NCBI GenBank assembly: GCA_012295275.1
Contig: CM022672.1
Coordinates: 4,154,001-4,218,000 of the forward strand
DNA length: 64,000 nt
Reading direction: 5' to 3'
From: Chrysomallon squamiferum
Taxonomy: Eukaryota > Animalia > Mollusca
The stretch's first letter is position 1. Each line of letters opens with the position of its first letter. The notes below the pieces were generated by a model. It ran no database searches, had not been told where the DNA came from, and saw only the letters and a list, made by a program, of their open reading frames with translations. A program made the position numbers and the translations under genes. Of this stretch, positions 1-12,730 are shown piece by piece.

Positions 1-517
1 TACATTTTAAAATTTTGTATAGTATCATTTTGAATGATGAGCTTTAAATGTTCAGTTATTTATCTAAATTTAACAAGAAATTGCAATAACAGTAAATAAA
101 AAATAAAAATTCTACAACTGTTAAATTTTGTTATCTAAATAATTCATCATTTTTCTGTGAGAGCACAATTTTACATAGTACATGTGCATGTACATGTCAT
201 TCTTCAGTGTACTGCATACATCAGTTTCATTTTATAAACATCTCTAATTTTTATCTGGTATTCTGATTATTAATTAAATTTCTAATTAACAAATTAAAAT
301 ATGTTTTATATATAGCTAAAATTCTGATGTGTCAGGTAAATTATTTTTTTAAAAAGGAAAAACAATTGAAATGTGTCTTTTAATGATAATACAAGTTTGT
401 TTAAATGTTAACATACCAAATCTTTGTGACTAAAATTTTGATAAAACGTTATAAATATTTCATTAATGTGTATAAATTTCAGTTGACTGATTTTTATTTT
501 TGTACTGCTTTATTCAG

Positions 518-613
518 ATAAATAAGTTAGAGAAAGAATTAGAAGAGAAAAGAAGACATATAGAAATTTTTGAAAATTGGGCAAACAGTGTTGAAAAGAT
601 GCTGAAAAATAAG
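518..613 (+). CDS. RIM-BP-like gene exon (coiled coil)
   Basis: ttcag|ATA...AAG|gttagt, 96 nt, INKLEKELEEKRRHIEIFENWANSVEKMLKNK. Confidence 0.8.
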
Positions 614-3611
614 GTTAGTGTTGTGGTTGTTGTTGTTGTTGTTGCTGCTGTTACTGTTGTTCTTATTTTTCTTCTTATTCTTTTCTGACAGCCAGTATTT
701 TATTTGTGCTGGAATATCATTCATTTGTTTGTACATTTACTTTTGTTACGAATTGTTGATGTTCTCATTTTTTATGATAAATGATGTGATACCTGTTTCA
801 GATTTATTGTCAACTATTTCCAATTCCAAACTTATTTATTTTATAACATTTTTCAGTATGTCTAAATGTCTAAATATCCATAAATAAATACATACTTTTT
901 ATTAAAATTTAAGAAAAAATTGAAAAGTGATTTTAATTTAAAGATCTTAAAAATATAAATTGTATATGAATTTTTTTTTTATTAAAAAAAAAAAAAAAAA
1001 AAACAAATAAGAAATATCCAAAAAAACAACAGTTTTATCCATCTTTGAATTAATTATAAATTAATGTTTACATTGATGATATTCAGGACAAACGAAATGA
1101 TCGAAACATTGTGCAAATGATCCAAAGTGAAACAGTGAAACTGAGATATGAACTTCAGAACTCAAAATACAGACGTGAAGAACTGTTAAAAGACCCGGCA
1201 GCCATGAAAACTGAACTTGACAAGCAAGACAGGGAAATAGCTGCCAAAGTAAGAAACAATATTTTATTATTATTCTAAAATCAAATTATACATAGATGAT
1301 GTAGATATATGCTTTTATATGTTTATTTTGTTTCTACATCTGTTTTGTGTGTTCTGTTTTATTTAATGTTTTTATTATGTTTATATATATGTATAACTAA
1401 ACAAGTAAATAATTACTATTTTAATTTACTTGTTTTTATTATTTTAATATTTTATATTTTTTATTTTGTTTTGCTGTAGTTATTAATCAGATTTCACTTA
1501 ATTTCGATTTAAGTAAATTTCAAAATATATATCTGTCAAATAATCATCATGCAAAAATCTGTGTTTGATATCAATAATTATTTTTCATACATTTGTTAAT
1601 TTACTTGGTTTTAAAATTTATTACTTACAATTTTACATATTTATTTATTTATTTATTTATTAATTTTCTTTTTTTAATTAATTAATTAATTTATTTTTTT
1701 TTTATTTTATTTTATTTATTTTTTTTTTTGTGTTTAATAGAAAATACTGATAGATTCACTGACTACAGAACTAAACCAGTGGAAACAGGAATGTCGGAGT
1801 ATTGAGGAAATGAGGACTAACGCACTAGACTCTCTCCGCTGCCTGGAGATGGAGGTTAACGACCTTCAGGAGACAGAACATCAGCTTCAACAAATGAACA
1901 TTGAATACAATAAACTGAGAAAACAGGTGAACATTAACAAATTTAGTAAAAAAAAAATAAAAAATAAAAATTCTGTTTTATTGGATGGGGTTTTCTGGCC
2001 TGATGAAATGCTTTTCTAAGAAAATGATTTTTTAATTGATCTTTTCTACTGCCTTTTTATCAATCATTGGCTGTATTTATTTTATTATTATTAATTTTTT
2101 TTCAGGTTTTACTGTTATTTATTTATTTATTTATTTATTTTATATCTTGAAGTTGATAGGCGAAGGGTTTTTAAAAAAAATGTTGTATTCCATATCATGA
2201 TGAAATATATTTCAGTAATACCAAGTCTTTGTTGCAGTGTTTATAGAGTATTTTTATTTATTTATTTTTTGTTTTGTTTATGTTTATTGTTACAAAATCT
2301 GCTAATACTATCCTTTTAGCTAAACTATTTTTTAGTATTAATTTAGTTTCATCTTTACCTTGTCCAAACTGTCTTAGTGCATTATTATTATTATTATTAT
2401 AAAAATGTTTATCTGATATATTTACCCAAACCATTTCCAACTGATTTGTTTTTTTTCTTCATTAACCTAATCTTAATGTAGACTAGATTGTTTTTGGTTT
2501 TGACTTTAGCTTATTTAAAACCTTTCTGTACAGACATTTGTCAGAAGTTATTGTTTGCCAAAAATATTTTATAGAAATGTTTTATTTCCAAATTCATTTT
2601 AAAATCCAGGAATGCCAAAAAATTATTTTCTAGAGATGTTTTAAGTTTTATTTCCCAATTCATTTTAAATTTCAAAACCAATGACAGCTGGTAAAACTGA
2701 AAACACTCTTTGAGACTTACCACAGCGAGAACTCTGATCTGAAAAATGAGGTAAACCACTTGAGTTCTGAAAATGAGAAACTTTCTCTGGACGTTCTCCG
2801 TCTGAGCTGTGTTGTGGAGGAGAAGCAGCTCCTAGCTGCTGAAATAGAGGAGCTAAATACTGAAATTACACAACTGAAATCTGACAAAGATGATCTACAT
2901 CTGGATGTTGCCCATTTGAAACTGATTATAGAGGAAAAAGAGAAAGTTGTAGCTGAATTTGAAGGAGTGAAGGATGAAATTGAGAGAATAAAAAATCTGC
3001 TGCAAAATAGGGTACATGCACTGTACACAGACACTGCATGAGATAAAAAAAAAAAAAAATTCACCTCCTCAAAAAAAACTCCCAGAAATTCAGCTTGAAT
3101 AAATGTACTGTCACATGGAACATAGAAAGCATATAAATATGATTCACATTTTATAATTGGAAATCTTCATTCTGATTTGGTGGTTATGATTTCCATTCAT
3201 ATCAAATTCACAGCACTTGTCTATTATTGTTTGATTTTTTGAAATTCTATCCTGAATGAATAGATATTTTAGTTTTTACTTAATATTTTGTTTTTTACAG
3301 TTTTCTGTCCTTAATTGTTGAAATGTCACATATTTGCTTTATTTTTGTGTATGAGTGTTTAGAATCATTTCAGAAATTTTAATTTTATTTTATTTCTTTA
3401 TATATTTTGTAGATATTTATTTTTATTTAGTCATGAAGTTAGTACAAAATGTATTTAAGAATGAAAATTGTTTTTTTCCTCACCTGATGAATTTTTTTTT
3501 TCACAGCTTTGTCATAAATATTGATTTTGTTATATTATTATGTTTATAAATATAATAAAAATAAAAATAATAAACTTCAGAATTTTTCATTAATGATAGT
3601 AAATGATGTTT

Positions 3612-3642
<31 letters not shown>

Positions 3643-4701
3643 CATATTTTTTTTTTATTTATATAATTTGTTTCATTCTTTTAATGCAATATAAACAAAA
3701 TTTTCATTTTACATTTTTCTTGAAATTTTCACATGACTATTTTTAATTATATTTAATGAAAACTGACTTAATATTTAAAACATTCAAATCAAAGAAACAG
3801 AAATAAATTTATTGATTACTCAACATAATTTGATCAAATATGAAATCAGAATGAAAAAATTACTATTGTTTTCTGTAACTAAAATAAAAATTTGTCTTCA
3901 ATTATCGTAATGTAAATATTTTTGTCTGTTTATTGCTGCTAAGATGGACCGAGTGGAAACTTTGAAAGAGGAAAATGCTAAACTTCGTGAAAGTTTAGAA
4001 GAATTGAGAAAGGAAAATGATGGTTTGAGAAATGTTAAAAAAGACTATGATGAATTAAAAGCAAGGGCAAGTGTCATATTTTTTGCTTTTAAAGATTTTA
4101 TGTGTGAATGGTTTGTTGTGTTTTTTTTTTTTTTTTTTTTTTTTAATATGTTATTTGTATTTTTATTTTTTATTTATTTTTTCTTACTTTTTTTTTTTAT
4201 GTTTGCAGTGTTTTTTATATATATTTGTTTTGTTTTTATACCAGTAAATCTTTTTTTTTATTTTTTTTTTTTTTTATTTTGTGAATTGCTTTTAATATTT
4301 AGTAATTTGTTGTTTTTTTGTTGTTTTTTTTTTTTTGTTCCTTGTGTGTAGAAACTAGAACTGGACGATTAGATTTTTTTTTATTGTTATTTTCATTTGC
4401 TGGTTTTTGTTTTTATTTTTATTTTTATTATTGTTACTATTTTTAATATTATTATTATTAATTTTTCATTTTTAAAAAAATAGAAAATAAATTTTCTTTT
4501 TGTTTTTGTTTTTATATATTATTTTTATTTTTTATTATTTTGTTATATTTTATTTCTTTATTTTCTTTATTGTTTTTGATTTTGTTCTTTAGTTAAACTG
4601 TTTAACAGGTTAATTAAATTAATAAAAAGTCATTGATTTATCATTTAATTTTTAAAATAATCAAATATTTGTTTTTAACCTGTTCCACAATGGCAATACT
4701 T

Positions 4702-4748
<47 letters not shown>

Positions 4749-7700
4749 TTTTTTTTATTATTATTATTATTATTATTGGGGTTTTTTTGTTGTTGTTTTT
4801 TATTTTTTTATTTTAGTTATTATCTGTAATCTATTAATAGTTAGATGTTTTTATTAAAATTAACTGATTTTTGTTTTATATAATATTTTAATGTTCAGTT
4901 GTTGCTTTGACAAAGGCTATAAATATTCAAATATAATAAAAAAAATTTGAACAATGAAAAACAAAATTGAAATGTTATTTATTTATTATTATTATTTAAT
5001 TTTTCTTGTTTATTGTCAAAGATGGTAAGGAATTCACCTATGTTACTTATTTTATTATTTTTGTCCAGTATGTAAATTAATAAATGTGAAATTATTAATT
5101 AATTTATACTTTAGTTTGAAATATTACAAAATGATTTGAAAAAAGCAACCCAAAGGCAGGAAAATGAAGATGAAAATAGTACTAATAGACCAAAATTGGA
5201 TAGTTTACCTTTTGAAAACAAGATGACAAAGTTACACAATATCATTAAAAATGGTGACACAGAAAATACCAGTACCATTAGAAACATGGTTATGGAAGAG
5301 AAAACTAATGATTTGCAGAATGATATTGACAGATTAGAATCTAGAGTAGAACATTTAGAAGCTGGGAAATCACTGGATCAGAATGCAGAACATAAACAAT
5401 TTTCTAATAGTGTTTCTAGAAAACAAATTGAAGGAACTGTTACAGAATACATTAGTAAAAATTCTGAAGGACACTGTACAGAGGATTGCAGAGGTCAACG
5501 TGCACAAGAAAAGAGTTTTAACCACAGAACGAATCATTCCAGGGTGGACTTTGGTGAAAAGGAAAGGGAATCTGAAAATATGTTTGAAGATGAAACTGAA
5601 GATTTATCAAAGAATGCAGCAGAAACTGTTTTTCCTGTGAGAACTTATGAAGAGTTCTTGGCTGAGTCTGGACTTAAAAGACCTGAGATTTTTGTCCCCA
5701 AAAGACCAATAGGAGAACATTTAGAGAGAGAATGTAGATACACAGATAAATCAACTAGCACTGAACCATTTGAGGATAGTTCAAATAAAACAAACAAGTC
5801 TGAAGTTCCATCATTTCAATGTGGGAATGTGAAAAATGAGACCAAACAGTCAGAAAATGAATCAGGAAATGTTTCTGAAAATGTTAATCAGCAGTCATCA
5901 AATTCTACTGAAATAAAAATTTTGCTGACGAGATGCAGAGAACTGGAGAAACATAAGTCTGACCTTCAGGCTGAATTGAAGGTAACACAGTCAAAATTAA
6001 ATAAAATAATGCATCTGGAAACTGAAAACAAAAACTGCAAGAAAAGATTTCCACCTTGTGTGAAGATCTGCAGTGTATGGAAAAGGTGAAAGTGGAAAAT
6101 TCAAGTCTTAAGCGGCTGTGCGAAGAGAAGAATGTGCAGATTGGGAAGTTACAAGAACAGATCAGGTCGCTGGAGAGTCTGGAGATGGAGAACATTGAAT
6201 TGAAGCATCAGGTGGAAGGAAAGATTCTTGAACTTCAGTTTCTCAGTTCTGGAGATCTGAAAGGAATGCAAGCCAAACTGAGAAAGCTGGAAACTGTTGA
6301 AAGAGAAAATCAGGTGTTAAATGAACAGTTGGAAGAAAAAATAGCTGAATTGGAGAAACTGAAACTCATGTTTTATGAGTACAACTCCTCTGTCAATTTT
6401 GATTTGACAACTAAAATGGATTATGCTGCAACTGAAGATATTGATCCAATAATGAGAAATCATTTTAGTTCTAAATTTGAGGATATAGGAGTGGGATCTA
6501 GCAGACACAGAAATCGAAACTGTTTTTTTACAAACAGAAAGAAGAATGAGAAGAACTGTTCAATCACTGGAAAAGATCAGCAGAGAAATGTGTCTAGAGT
6601 TAGTAATTCTGTACACACATCCACACAGACTGACAATGATAACACAACAAACTGTGCTGCTGATAATTCAAACATTCTGACTCTAAATATAAAAAATTGA
6701 CTGGAGAGGATAAATCCAGAGATATTCCAGATTCTAAAAGTGTTTCAGAAACATCTGTAAAAGTCAATGGTGCATTTGAATCAAAGACAGTGCCTTCAAA
6801 ATGTGCAGAGGAATTTGCTCAAAAGTCTAAAAATCTATTTAAAAAACCCACTGAAAGTGATGAATCCAAGACAAGGTCTATGTTGATAACTCTGAGATCA
6901 AAGCTGCAGAAGCTTCAAGAAGTGGAACAGAAAAACTTGACAGTGCAAAAGAAACTTGAAGACTCAGCCAAGTTGTTGAAACAAAGGGTAAAATAAACAC
7001 ATTGTCTCAACAGACATTTAGTGAGAAGCACTGTCACAGTGTGCATGGTTGTACATCACTTGTTATTCTAAAATAAAATAGCTCACAATATAAACTGGTG
7101 TTATGGTGCAAAGTATTGTGATGATAAGACAAAACATAATGCACACATTTATTACTTTATATATTTTATTACAAAAAAAAAATCACTGAAAAAGGAATGA
7201 GTAAAATATTGTGTACTACCACTGCCATTACCATTTGCACAGAATAATGTAAATCAGTTTGACATTCACTTTTTACTTTAAATTTTATTTTTGTATACAT
7301 TTTTTAAACAATGAAAAAAAATCTTGTGGTACAAAGAAAAAATTTCAAGTTAAGGTAAAATATTGCAGTGTCAAATATTTTTACACTTAAACATTTATTT
7401 ATCACAGTGTTGTATTCTAACAAAATATATAATTTACTTGTATTTTTTTATTCTGTTATTTTATTTTATTTTATTTTTATTATTATGTTGTTGTTTTTTT
7501 AGAAACATGGAATATATTATACACAAAATTTTTGTTGAGGCATTTGAATTTATGCTTATATATTTGTTTTATTTTTTTATTTTTTTTTTTAATTAAAATT
7601 TTTTTATATTAACTGAAGTTTATATTTTGTACCACAAAACAAATTTCTCTTCACTGTTGAAAATATTACACCTATCATTTTCTTTCAAAATATGGATGAA

Positions 7701-10700
7701 TGTTAAAATAATTGAATTGTGTGTGTATGTTGTAGTATTATTATATTTTAAGTTTTGAAGTAGGTTGTTGTTTTTCATTTATTATATACATGTTGTAAGT
7801 TTTATGTGTTTCTTTTTTCTTTTTTCTTATTACAATGATTTGTTAATAACATTTGTTTTTCCTGTTGCATATTAATAATGGCAAGTTATTTTGATATATT
7901 CTTTATCTATATTGTTAAAATATTTGCATTTCATTGTCCAATTTTAATTTTTTGATTAATGTTATTGTTTCTAATTAAAAATAATTGAATGTTTAAACAA
8001 AATGAAACGTGATAAATTTTTAATCAATATTTTTTAATAATGGATATTATTATATAATATATATATATGAGGAAGAAAATGAGACATTTTAAAGAGAATA
8101 AAAGGTAGAGAAAGACTGTAAAAAGTTAAAATATAAAGACAAGAAAGAGAAAAAGAAAAAGACAGGGAGAGAGAGACAGAAAATAAAAAAATAAAAATGA
8201 TATCTTTGAAAATAAATTTTTCTTTTGAGGAAAATCTAGAGATGTTTTCAGTTCATAGGTCTGTCAATAAAATCTCTCTTTTTATATGAATGTTTCTATA
8301 AGTTTCTAATGTTTGATTATATGTCTGTGTAAGTATTTACTAAGTACAAAATAAGTAAATAAATAAATTGAGTTTTACATGTTTTCTTCTTCCAGAAACA
8401 AACACAAAACAAGAAAATAATTTTTTTTCTCTTTTAATTACAGTTTGATGAATTGGAAAAACAGAAAACTTTACCAGACATAACAGCACTACAGACTCAA
8501 GTAACCCACCTAGCAGAGAAATGCAGAGAAAAAGATGAAACCATACAACAACTTATGAAAGAACTTCAGACATTAAAATTGACAGGGGAGACTACTCCAT
8601 CTTCTTCAGATATTCGTCAGAAAAGTAAAGAAACAGACCAGTACATTCACCATTCACCATCATCTACACCAGTATCAGTAAGTCATCATCATCATTTTTA
8701 AATATTTTTGTTCTTCTACCACTACTATTGTTATTACTTTTACCACTATTGCTACTATCAGCTTATAGTTGTCATATGACAAATATTTAACAGACTGTTT
8801 AAAAAAAGGTTATTCTGGAGGTCAGAAAGAAAAGACTCCTGACTGAAATTTCCATTTATGTTGCTTTTGAGGGCAGGGAACCTTGTTTTTTTTCTTTTAT
8901 TACATTTTTTCTTTTATCATTTTTGGGGGGGAGGTGATGATGAGAAGGTATGAAATATTTTTTACTCAAGATGTAAAAAATGAGACACAATTTAATCAAA
9001 TTTAAATTAGTTTCTTGTTTTTTCTTTGTATTATTATTATGATTTATTTTATTCTATTATTATTTTTTTTTTTTATTATTACTATCATCATCATTATTAT
9101 TATTATTACTGTTTATATTGGGCAGGTTTGTGGGGTTGACCAAAAGATGAGAAACATAATTAAAGTTATATGTTGTTTGTTTTTTTGTTTTTTTCAGATT
9201 GTTATTTCTCCAGCTGATAAAGATCTGGAAACATCTCCACTGAGCACACAGCCCAGTGAGTTTTGTTTTAAAAGTTTTTTCTTTGACATTTTTGTCTGCC
9301 AAATCCTTTAAAAGTGTTCTCATAACAGATTACCCCAGTATGTAGTACTGTCAATAGGTTTTGTATGATGTACGTTTATCTGATTTAGTGTTCAGTGTTA
9401 TTCAGTGATATTTATTCTGTTATATGGTCAGTAAAATCTTTTAACAATTTTAATACTTGTATCTTACATATTCTTGAATACCTTCCTTTACACTGTCCAG
9501 TTCTAAAAAGTATTTCTTGATACCTAAGGAAGGAAAATAGTAAAAATCTCTGGTCATTTATTCTTATACTTTATTATTAGCAAATTTTGGTTATAATTAA
9601 CCAGAGCAACCAGTCACTTTAAGATACACGAAATATATTTAAACTTTTTTGTTTCTTTACTTAACAGATATATTTTGATCAGATTCAAATATACAAATTT
9701 TCTTTTAATTATAAAAACATGTTTGTTTAATTAAACTTTAAAGTAGATAAAATGTTTTAATTTTAATTAATTTTTTTTCAAAGTGTGTACCTCCACCCCA
9801 GTAAAGGATTCATCTACCCACATACGTCACACATCAACAACTCAGACCTGTGAGAGCACCAGTGTTACTTCAGCTACACAGACATCATCATCCAGCAGAC
9901 ACAGACTTCTCCCACGAAGTCGTAAGTTTTGTTTATTGTATAAAATTATTTTTATTTTTGTTTTGTACTTCATTTGAATATTAGTGATTACTCTTTTATT
10001 ATTTTTTATTATTAATTATTTATTTGTTAATTTATTAAAACTATTAATTTATTCAGTTTATTTTTTGGTAATTTTGTCTTAACTTAGTTTTATATATGAA
10101 TTTTATAAATAAAGTAATAGCATCTCTTATTCCATTTAACCAGTTTTTTTGAAATTTGCTTTTGAATAAATTTTATTTTATTCAGTGATAATAATCATAA
10201 TAAATTAATTGGTTAAATAGTAAAAATCAAAAAAGAGGGGGCTGAAATACAAAATATTGTTTAAAGATCTGATTTAAAATTATTTAAATATTTTTTATTC
10301 TATATATTCATAGCTTCTCCACAACCACCAAAGAATTTCCGCATTTCAAGGCTCATTGGAAACACAGGCATAATGTTGTCATGGCAACCAACAAAACTAT
10401 TGGAAGATGAGAATAGCAACAGTTCATTTGTCATTGGTTACAAAGTAAGTGGAAAAAAAACAATTAAATAATACTACAAAGAAAACAATAATAACAGTAC
10501 TAACAATTAAATAAGTACATTAATTAATTAATTAATAAACAAATATTAAAACAACTCAAGTAATTACCACAGCAAAAATCTGAAATATACCTATTAAATA
10601 AATAAATAATAATAAAAATAACCATAAAAATAAGAAAATCAATTAATTATAATGAAAAATAAATATCAAAATTAAATAAATAAAAACAACATATAACTAT

Positions 10701-12057
10701 TTACAATAAATAAATGATAACGATTGAAAAAAAAAATAAATAATAACATGAATCAAAACAATATCAAAACTGAAATTAAACAAGTAATAGTTATGATAGC
10801 AATAATTACAAATGAACATTTCACATTTCAGCTGTTTTTGGATGGTAGACTGGTCCAGCAGGTATCAAACCCACGCACTTCAAAAACTGTGATAGAAAAC
10901 ATTGACGTTGCTGAACCTCATCACTTTGCCATACAGACAGTAGCAGCAAACAATCAGACGTCATCGCGGGTGGAGTTGATTACGAAGGTATCGCTCCTGT
11001 GGTGACAGCGATTCAGTGTCATCACTGGACACATCCATCATGTCCAGCATTCAGTTTGATGAGAACTACAAGCGACTGGTCAGTGGGCGATGTTTGCATT
11101 TGTTAATGTTGTTGTCATTATTAAGTTAGTTTTATTACCGTTGATTTTATTATGAAATTGTTGTTGTTGATATTGTTACAGTATTATAAATTTATTATTA
11201 TTATTTTAAAATTGTTATTTATCATTTTGTATCTTCATCGTCATCATTATTAGTGTTATTAACATTGAACTGTGATTTTAAAAATACGTTTTTGAAATGA
11301 TTCATTTATTATTATTTAATAATTTTTGTTTTTCAAATTATTATTATATTATTATTACAATGTTATTTGTTGAATTTATCATTTCAACATTTACTACTTA
11401 TAGAAAAGTAATTAATTAATTAATATTTTATTTTTTTATTTTTTTTTATTTATTTATTTATTTCTATTATACCAAACCCCAGAAATACATTTTTGACATC
11501 ATCAAAAAAATAATTGACTGTTGTTTATGGCTATCAGACAACAAACTTCACAAAACTGAAAATAACTAAACCAATAACTGATTGTTATTTGTAGCTAGCT
11601 ATGACTGCAACAATCAGAAAATGAATGATGATTAAAACAATAACTGACTGGTTTATTTATTTTTTTTATTTTTTATTATTGTAGTTTATGGCTGTTTATG
11701 ACTACAACCCTCAAAAGCAACCAGATCAATATTACTCAAAGTACGAGCTGGCTTTCCGAGCTGGAGATATTGTAGCTGTGTATGGTTCACAGAGATCTGA
11801 TGGGTACTACCATGGAGAGGTGAGTCACAAAACTAATTAAAACTCACTGATCTACATCACATGTTTGCTTTAGTCTGGCTTTAGTTTGGCTTTAGATTTA
11901 TTTATTTTTCAGTATTGTTGTTGTTGTTAGTAGTAGTAGTTATAATAGTTTTAGTAGTAGTGATAGTAATTTTATAATTTTTTGTTTTTGTATTTAGAAA
12001 TTTATTCCATTATTATTAGTAGTAGTAGTATCATCATCATCGTCGTCATTATCATTA

Positions 12058-12107
<50 letters not shown>

Positions 12108-12373
12108 TAATTTTAATATAAATTATTTTAGCTGCTTATATTTGGATTTTATTTTTAGATTGATGGAAGGAGAGGGCTGGTACCAAGTGGTTTTTTAGAA
12201 GAAGTGCCACCCAGTAGAAAGTTTTCTCCAGTAAACATAGTTTCCTCTCATCTGAGGGTTCTTTTAAAAAAACCCCAAAAAACCTTCACCAGGAAAAACA
12301 ACACAAGCCCTTTTGTTTAACACTTGTTTGATCTTCAGATCATCTCATAAAATTGTATTTTAACCTTATAGGG

Positions 12374-12413
<40 letters not shown>

Positions 12414-12730
12414 ACAATTAAAAATATATGGTTGTAGAAAAATTTTTGTGCTCAGTATAGAACAATAAAGCATGTTGAAAATCATGTTGAACATTTCAAC
12501 TTCATAAACAGATCATAATTATTTTAGTTTCTTTTTTTTATTCTTTTTTTTATTTTATTTTAATTTTTAATTTATTATTATTTTTATTATTATTATCATC
12601 ATATATAAATATTTTTATTTATTTATTTTTTTATGTACAGAATTCCCTGTCTCCATCAGTTAGTCCTCAACCACAGAGGTCACGTAGTCCTCGCACTCCA
12701 GACAGCAGGAGACGAACACCAAGATCATGA
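518..12730 (+). CDS. Multi-exon gene (5'-partial): long coiled-coil protein with C-terminal FN3 and SH3 domains, RIMS-binding protein (RIM-BP/TSPOAP1)-like
   Basis: Manually spliced, phase-compatible exons: 518-613, 1087-1248, 1741-1926, 2688-3011, 3944-4066, 5115-6987, 8444-8677, 9198-9255, 9784-9921, 10314-10444, 10832-11078 (or -10987), 11685-11819, 12159-12230, 12641-12730 (TGA). FN3: PQPPKNFRISRLIGNTGIMLSWQP..SNSSFVIGYKLFLDG. SH3: FMAVYDYNP..ELAFRAGDIVAVYGSQRSDGYYHGEIDGRRGLVPSGFLEEV. Both resemble RIM-BP domains. Confidence 0.8.
1087..1248 (+). CDS. RIM-BP-like gene exon (coiled coil)
   Basis: ttcag|GAC...AAA|gtaaga, 162 nt, DKRNDRNIVQMIQSETVKLRYELQNSK... Confidence 0.8.
1741..1926 (+). 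CDS. RIM-BP-like gene exon (coiled coil)
   Basis: aatag|AAA...CAG|gtgaac, 186 nt, KILIDSLTTELNQWKQECRSIEEMR... Confidence 0.8.
2688..3011 (+). CDS. RIM-BP-like gene exon (coiled coil)
   Basis: gacag|CTG...AGG|gtacat, 324 nt, in frame with ORF 2760-3041. Confidence 0.75.
3944..4066 (+). CDS. RIM-BP-like gene exon (coiled coil), GC donor
   Basis: ctaag|ATG...AGG|gcaagt; the GC donor gives the phase 0 needed by the next exon. Confidence 0.75.
5115..6987 (+). CDS. RIM-BP-like gene large exon (disordered + coiled coil) with two -1 frame breaks
   Basis: tttag|TTT...AGG|gtaaaa. ORFs 5136-6089, 6056-6700 and 6697-6996 join if one A is added to the A-runs at 6030-6034 and 6691-6696. Confidence 0.8.
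8444..8677 (+). CDS. RIM-BP-like gene exon
   Basis: tacag|TTT...TCA|gtaagt, 234 nt, FDELEKQKTLPDITALQTQVTHLAEKCREKDETIQQL... Confidence 0.8.
9198..9255 (+). CDS. RIM-BP-like gene exon
   Basis: ttcag|ATT...CCCA|gtgagt, 58 nt, phase 0 to 1. Confidence 0.7.
9784..9921 (+). CDS. RIM-BP-like gene exon (Ser/Thr-rich)
   Basis: caaag|TG...C|gtaagt, 138 nt, phase 1 to 1. Confidence 0.7.
10314..10444 (+). CDS. RIM-BP-like gene exon, FN3 N-half
   Basis: catag|CT...AAA|gtaagt; PSPQPPKNFRISRLIGNTGIMLSWQPTKLLEDENSNSSFVIGYK. Confidence 0.85.
10832..11078 (+). CDS. RIM-BP-like gene exon, FN3 C-half and linker
   Basis: ttcag|CTG LFLDGRLVQQVSNP...FAIQTVAA; frame break near 10980-11000, then GDSDSVSSLDTSIMSSIQFDENYKRL|gtcagt; alternative in-frame donor after 10987. 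Confidence 0.7.
11685..11819 (+). CDS. RIM-BP-like gene exon, SH3 N-part
   Basis: tgtag|TTT...GAG|gtgagt; FMAVYDYNPQKQPDQYYSKYELAFRAGDIVAVYGSQRSDGYYHGE. Confidence 0.9.
12159..12230 (+). CDS. RIM-BP-like gene exon, SH3 C-part
   Basis: tttag|ATT...CCA|gtaaac; IDGRRGLVPSGFLEEVPPSRKFSP. Confidence 0.85.
12641..12730 (+). CDS. RIM-BP-like gene terminal coding exon
   Basis: tacag|AAT...TGA; NSLSPSVSPQPQRSRSPRTPDSRRRTPRS*. Confidence 0.7.
   Translation, partial: NSLSPSVSPQPQRSRSPRTPDSRRRTPRS

Noticed and set aside
2717-3064. 115-aa - strand ORF
   Set aside because: Antisense shadow of a coiled-coil exon.
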